From contig OZ251518.1 in NCBI GenBank assembly GCA_965242965.1, positions 736,001 to 800,000 of the forward strand: a stretch of DNA of 64,000 bases, read 5' to 3'. Positions 59,418 to 64,000 of this stretch are shown piece after piece (the first letter of the stretch is position 1; the number at the start of each line of letters is the position of its first letter). Position numbers and translations under genes: made by a program. The stretch comes from Candidatus Poribacteria bacterium. Its GTDB lineage: Bacteria > Poribacteria > WGA-4E > WGA-3G. The notes beneath the pieces are model-generated. The model ran no database searches, was not told the DNA's origin, and saw only the letters and a program-made list of their open reading frames with translations.

Positions 59418-62358
59418 CTATAGCACGACGCGAGACTTCTTTGCGCCGTGAATACTCGGCTCGGCGCACAGACGTTCACGCAACAGACGCAGCCCTTCAT
59501 GCACCTCCGGATGCGTATCTTCGCCGAAACCGAGCACTTCCGCTAACAGCCGCCGATCCAACTTCTGGCGCACCGCGTCCTCGTCCATCTGATGAAACCG
59601 CAGCATCACTTCATCTTTCATCGCCTCAAAGATGTTCTTGGCGTTTTCCAGCGCGGTTTGGTCTAGTTCGCGGACATCTAGGGTTGGCATTGAGCGAAAA
59701 GCTGTCAGCCGAATCCACCCGCGCCCAGTCTGCCGTTTCGCAGCGTGCACCCAATAGCATAGCAAACCCAGTGTTGAATTGCCCCACAGCGTCCAGACAT
59801 AATCATACAACGGGTTGTCAAATGTGACACTGGGCAGCAGATTGACACCGAGTGTCGGCTGCTCCGTGAAAAGAACAGCTAAGGAATTCGTGTTGAAGTG
59901 TAAGGCTACGTTGTGGTGCACCCGGCTCCTTTTGTCTAAGATTTCCTGGGCCCTGTCCCAAGAACCGGAACGAATAATACCGTGGCAGTCTGGGGCGACT
60001 TCCATGGTTCGTTGGTTCTCGGATTTGACATGCCATAGGCCAGGATATAAGTCTTCGTCGGATGCCCCTTCTTCTATATCAAAGGGGCCCCTTGAATTCC
60101 TGCGATGATCATAGGAATGGATTGTCGCAATTTTCCCCGCTAAAGTCATCGGAATTTCAACTTTATCCCGCTGAGTGGGCAACCAGAGATGTCCATCCAT
60201 GAGCCGGTAGGCACTTTGGAGTAGCGAAAAATTCCTCATACGCGATGCCGCCCAAACTTCTCGTAGTGGGCAATTTAAAGCGGAGCCGCTTTCTGCATCG
60301 CCGACTTTGATGAGATTTCCCCCTATCGGCGCATCTTCAAAACGTCTGACATTTTCAAGCCGCTGGATGCTTTTCGCTATCTCCATACCTTCTAGGTAAC
60401 TCCCAGGTCTTCGGTGTAGACAGGCAAATGTGCCGCGGCCCGTGTTTTCCGCTGCGCCTTTGGTAGCTACGACGAGACATTCTCCCATATTCGTATCGGC
60501 GGAGAAGGCACAGTTTGCAATGTCTGCAGCCGCGATGGTAATAACCAACACATCGTGATATTCCTGAGACAGCAGTTCTCGCACTTGCTGCCATAGAGGA
60601 GAAGTCAAGGCGATGATAGGAAGCACAAATCCCATAACCCCACCCGGCTTTAGCATCCTATCCGCTAAGTCAACGAAGTAGGAACCGAGGCCGGCATTGG
60701 TATTCCCGATGGAACTAATTTCTCCAAGGCCTCTTTGCATCTCCTCAGCGACATCCGGCTCTCTATCCCCAAATACTGTTGTAGGAACATCAGGCGCGCG
60801 GGAACTATTATCTGCTCCGACGCGCGTAAACGGCGGATTATCCACAACAATATCCATCTCGCCGTGCCGAAATTCCGGGATTTCATCGGTATCACCGGTG
60901 CCATCCCCCTGCACCCTCTCCGTATTGATTAAGCCCAACGGCAAAGTCGCTTGCGGATTTTCCAGCAAATCCAACGCGCCTAACGCATACTGCCCATCCG
61001 AACGTTGCGAACCGTATGCCATCGTGTGAATGCGCGTTTTTCCAATCTTGATGTCGGGGTTAGCACTCGCAATAATGGCGGCTGTCAGATGACTCGCATT
61101 CGGCATAATGTCGCACCCGACGAGATTATTTTCTACCATGTGCCGATGGATGTCGCGTCCATTGCCACCTGCCTGTTCGTGCTGTGCCAAGATGCGTTGG
61201 TAAACGCCATTCAGCAACGCGCCTGTCCCGCAGGCGAAGTCTGCCACCTTAATGTCGGATAAGCGCGACACGCCGTGACTCGCCGACCCCCCCCTTCTTA
61301 ACGCGCGTTAATTGATTAGTGGGGGTTGCCAGATGGCGTTGGACGACAAGCGTGGAGAGCAACGCCACCGATTCCGGGCGCGTGTAGTAAGTCTTGATAA
61401 ACTTCCTATCCACAATTAGCCGTTGGAAGACAATGCCTGCCAATTCGTGGACTTGCGCTAAGCCTCTATCCACCAATTTTTGCGCGGTGTTCCGCAGCAG
61501 ATACAACACTCTACCGACGAGGCTATCGTCTGTCGCTAAGGCGAGGATGAGTTCATACGCGACATCGAAGATGGGACGGTAGTTCACTTTGCGAATGGTG
61601 TCCCATGCGACAAGGATGTCATCGGAGTTGAGTCGTTCTTCCACTGTCCGAAGTTGTCGGAGGGAAGGCACACGTTCCATTTCGGCGGTGCCGGCGAGTG
61701 TGCTTTGAAAGACAAAAGCGTTCGTGATAATCAGCATCGCCATCCGATACGTTTGTTCGCCTGCTTCTTGGTAGAGGATGCGCTGCACATTTTCGGCGAG
61801 GCCGGGGCGCGTCGCCGCAGCGGCGGCGAGGAGTGTGGCGGCTTCGTTCACGCCGTGCTCTAAATCGTAAGCGGCTTGGGCAACTCTGGCGTTCGGAATA
61901 GCACCGATGCGGATGGCTGTCGCGACATCGGTGAGCCCGCCTTTTGCCCAGCCTATCTTTGGAAAACGGTGGACATTCGCGTGTTCATCATCAAGGCTGA
62001 GGAGCACATAATGGAGTGCATCGGTTTGGCGGAGGCGCGCTTCCAATTCGCGATGCGATGTGAGCCGCAGTTCATGCGGCAAGCGCAACGCCATCGCGGT
62101 TGTCACCTGTTCATAAGAGGAGAGTTGTCTGCCCAAATGCGCCCGTGCCTGTGGTTCGCCGCTGAGGTTGTCGGCGTTCGGTTCGTCAATCTTCACCTCA
62201 ATGACGACAGGGTTTCTGCCGTCCTCTTTGACGGTAATATCCGGTCGTTGGCTTTCGCGCAGGAAGGTCTGCGTATCCTGCGGTTCTACATTCCATGCGC
62301 TGTGCATCTGTTCAAGGATGTCCACCAGTTTGCTGGTGATGGTATCTTCGTGTCGCAT
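59418..62358 (-). pseudogene. Type IIG-like restriction-modification/N6-MTase gene, frameshifted at a G8 tract (ORFs 61249-62358 and 59418-61271)
   Basis: Upstream ORF has a PD-(D/E)xK motif (RPDI...IEVK) and YYTRP; downstream ORF has DFACGTG and DNPPF. Deleting one G at 61287-61294 fuses them without stops. Confidence 0.8.
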
Positions 62359-62372
62359 GTAAGTTCTCCTAT

Positions 62373-62887
62373 CTGTTTCAAATCATCTCCTTCCCTTGAC
62401 GTAGGGCGAGGGCCTGTCCCTCGTCGTGCGTTTTGCCGGCAGACTTCCTCACCCCTGTAGGTCAGGATCGCCTGATCCTGACCTGTTTGTGATCAGGCGA
62501 TCACAAACTACAGAAGGGGAAACACACATCGGGACGATGGAGATCGCGGGGGAAACCCGCTCGGATGCGCGTGGGGCATCCGAGGGCCCACGCGCTACGA
62601 TAAAAAACGCCCCCCCCTCACCGTAGGGCGAGGGCCTGTCCCTCGCCAGTGCTCGTGCACTCCAACGATCGCGGGGGACAGGCCCCCGCGCTACGATAAA
62701 AAAAACGCCGCCCCTCACCGTAGGGCGAGGGCCTGTCCCTCGCCATCGTTCACGCGCCAGGCCCTGTAGTTCAGGATCCCCTGATCCTGACCCGTTCGGG
62801 AGCGGGCGCTCCCGAACTACAGAGGTGGGGACGATGCGCCCCATCAAGGGGGGGATAACTACCGAAACGGATTTATGAAATACCCTC
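62373..62887. mobile_element. REP cassette with TIR (right end clear, left end degenerate)
   Basis: ATTTATGAAATACCCTC at 62871-62887; REP palindromes inside. Confidence 0.6.
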
Positions 62888-62895
62888 ATATAAAT

Positions 62896-62925
62896 AGAAT
62901 ACCTTATCGCAGCGAATTTTGTCAA
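62896..62925 (-). promoter_or_regulatory. Sigma70 promoter firing through the cassette toward the R-M gene
   Basis: TTGACA-18 bp-TATTCT on the minus strand. Confidence 0.6.
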
Positions 62926-62955
62926 GAATTTTTGTAAAGATGCAGCATTTTTCCC

Positions 62956-62985
62956 TTGCACATTTACCACGCAATATGTTATGAT
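62956..62985 (+). promoter_or_regulatory. Sigma70-type promoter
   Basis: TTGCAC-18 bp-TATGAT with TG extension. Confidence 0.5.
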
Positions 62986-63021
62986 AATTTCATCACAACT
63001 ACTGACAAGGAGAGAATGCAG

Positions 63022-63822
63022 ATGCAAAACGAACTCACCTCCGAACAAATCGCGTCTTATCGGGAAAACGGGTTTCTCGTCATCGAAAACTTTCTCGATG
63101 CAGACGAACTCGCCGAATGGCGACGATGCACCGATGAAGCTGTCACCGAACGACTCGGCAATTCTGTCGAGTTTATGACGAACCAGATGGATGCGAAGCA
63201 GTTTTATGCGCGCGTCTTTACGCAATGCCTCCGTCTCGCAGATACGCACGCCGGCATGCGCACCCTAGTCTATGATTCAAAACTTGGCCGCATGGCGACG
63301 CAACTCGCTGGCGTTGACGGGATGCGGATATGGCACGATCAGGCGTTGATTAAACCGCCGCACGGTAACCCCACCGCTTGGCACCTCGATGTCCCTTACT
63401 GGTCCTTCGACTCGCGGGACACGCTCTCGTTTTGGATGGCGTTAGACGATGCGACGCTGGCGAACGGCTGTATGTGGTATCTCCCCGGCACGCACAAAAC
63501 GGCGCGGTTTGATAACGTCGGCATCGGTGTGAACATCGGCGAACTGTTTACAGTCTATCCGGAATGGAAGCAGATCGAACCGCAGGCGGCACCTTGCCCG
63601 GCCGGGTCACTTGTGTGGCATAACGGTTTAACGGCACACGGCGCGGGCGCGAACATGACGCTCGCGCACCGCAGAGCGATGACCTGCGGCTTCATGCCCG
63701 ATGGATGCACTTTCAACGGGAAGAAGAACATCCTCCCCGAAGACTACTTTAACTCGCTTGAAATCGGAGACGTGCTTGACAATGATACGCAGAATCCGCT
63801 TGTCTGGCACAACAATTGGTAG
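63022..63822 (+). CDS. Phytanoyl-CoA dioxygenase (PhyH) family Fe(II)/2-OG oxygenase
   Basis: YRENGFLVIENFL, WHLD, W.ALDDAT..NGCM..LPGTH, HGAG.N....RR; SD AGGAG. Confidence 0.92.
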   Translation: MQNELTSEQIASYRENGFLVIENFLDADELAEWRRCTDEAVTERLGNSVEFMTNQMDAKQFYARVFTQCLRLADTHAGMRTLVYDSKLGRMATQLAGVDGMRIWHDQALIKPPHGNPTAWHLDVPYWSFDSRDTLSFWMALDDATLANGCMWYLPGTHKTARFDNVGIGVNIGELFTVYPEWKQIEPQAAPCPAGSLVWHNGLTAHGAGANMTLAHRRAMTCGFMPDGCTFNGKKNILPEDYFNSLEIGDVLDNDTQNPLVWHNNW

Positions 63823-63903
63823 GCGCAATCACTCCTACCGAAGCATCTGTTGCGCGGGATACCCAGTCTCGCCAACTACGAACGATTGGAGAATTCATAG
63901 ATT

Positions 63904-64000
63904 ATGGGAACAAAACATCCGAATATTGTCTTGATGGGCGTTGACTCGCTGCTCGCCACGCACATGAGCTGCTACGGGTATCACCGCCTGACGACACCGC
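63904..64000 (+). CDS. Sulfatase, N-terminal fragment (runs off the window)
   Basis: MGTKHPNIVLMGVDSLLATHMSCYGYHRLTTP matches the sulfatase N-terminus PN.....D.L...H.SCYGY.R.TTP. Confidence 0.8.
   Translation, partial: MGTKHPNIVLMGVDSLLATHMSCYGYHRLTTP

Noticed and set aside
59418-62358. Two independent genes
   Set aside because: The YYT motif and motif I of one MTase fold are split across the junction, and a 1-bp change fuses the ORFs.
1-64000. tRNA, rRNA, transposase or RAYT genes
   Set aside because: None was recognisable in the sequence or the ORF track.

Overview
GC-rich bacterial window. The gene content (giant cadherin/FN3 adhesin, lamin-tail proteins, FlgD/T9SS-like tail, PhyH dioxygenase, sulfatase) suggests a Candidatus Poribacteria-like sponge symbiont; this is inference. 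The first 24 kb holds two secreted lamin-tail-domain proteins, one over 6,500 aa. The rest mixes housekeeping and membrane genes with defence-like loci: a PIN toxin-antitoxin pair, an N6-MTase/Type ISP-like R-M gene, and a second R-M gene split by a frameshift at a G8 tract. The most striking locus is a minus-strand three-gene unit: a beta-CASP metallo-beta-lactamase nuclease (apparently starting at ACG), a GrpE-like protein, and an atypical Hsp70 fused to an McrB/Mrr-type N-terminal reader-like domain and C-terminal HEAT-like repeats. It is a candidate chaperone-gated defence system. Most long intergenic gaps hold GTAG-type REP palindromes of several families. Some clusters are bounded by 17-bp terminal inverted repeats, two of them starting at predicted transcription starts. 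Four REP insertions lie in frame inside genes, one of them synonymously recoded. All family assignments are by eye from motifs; no database search was run.
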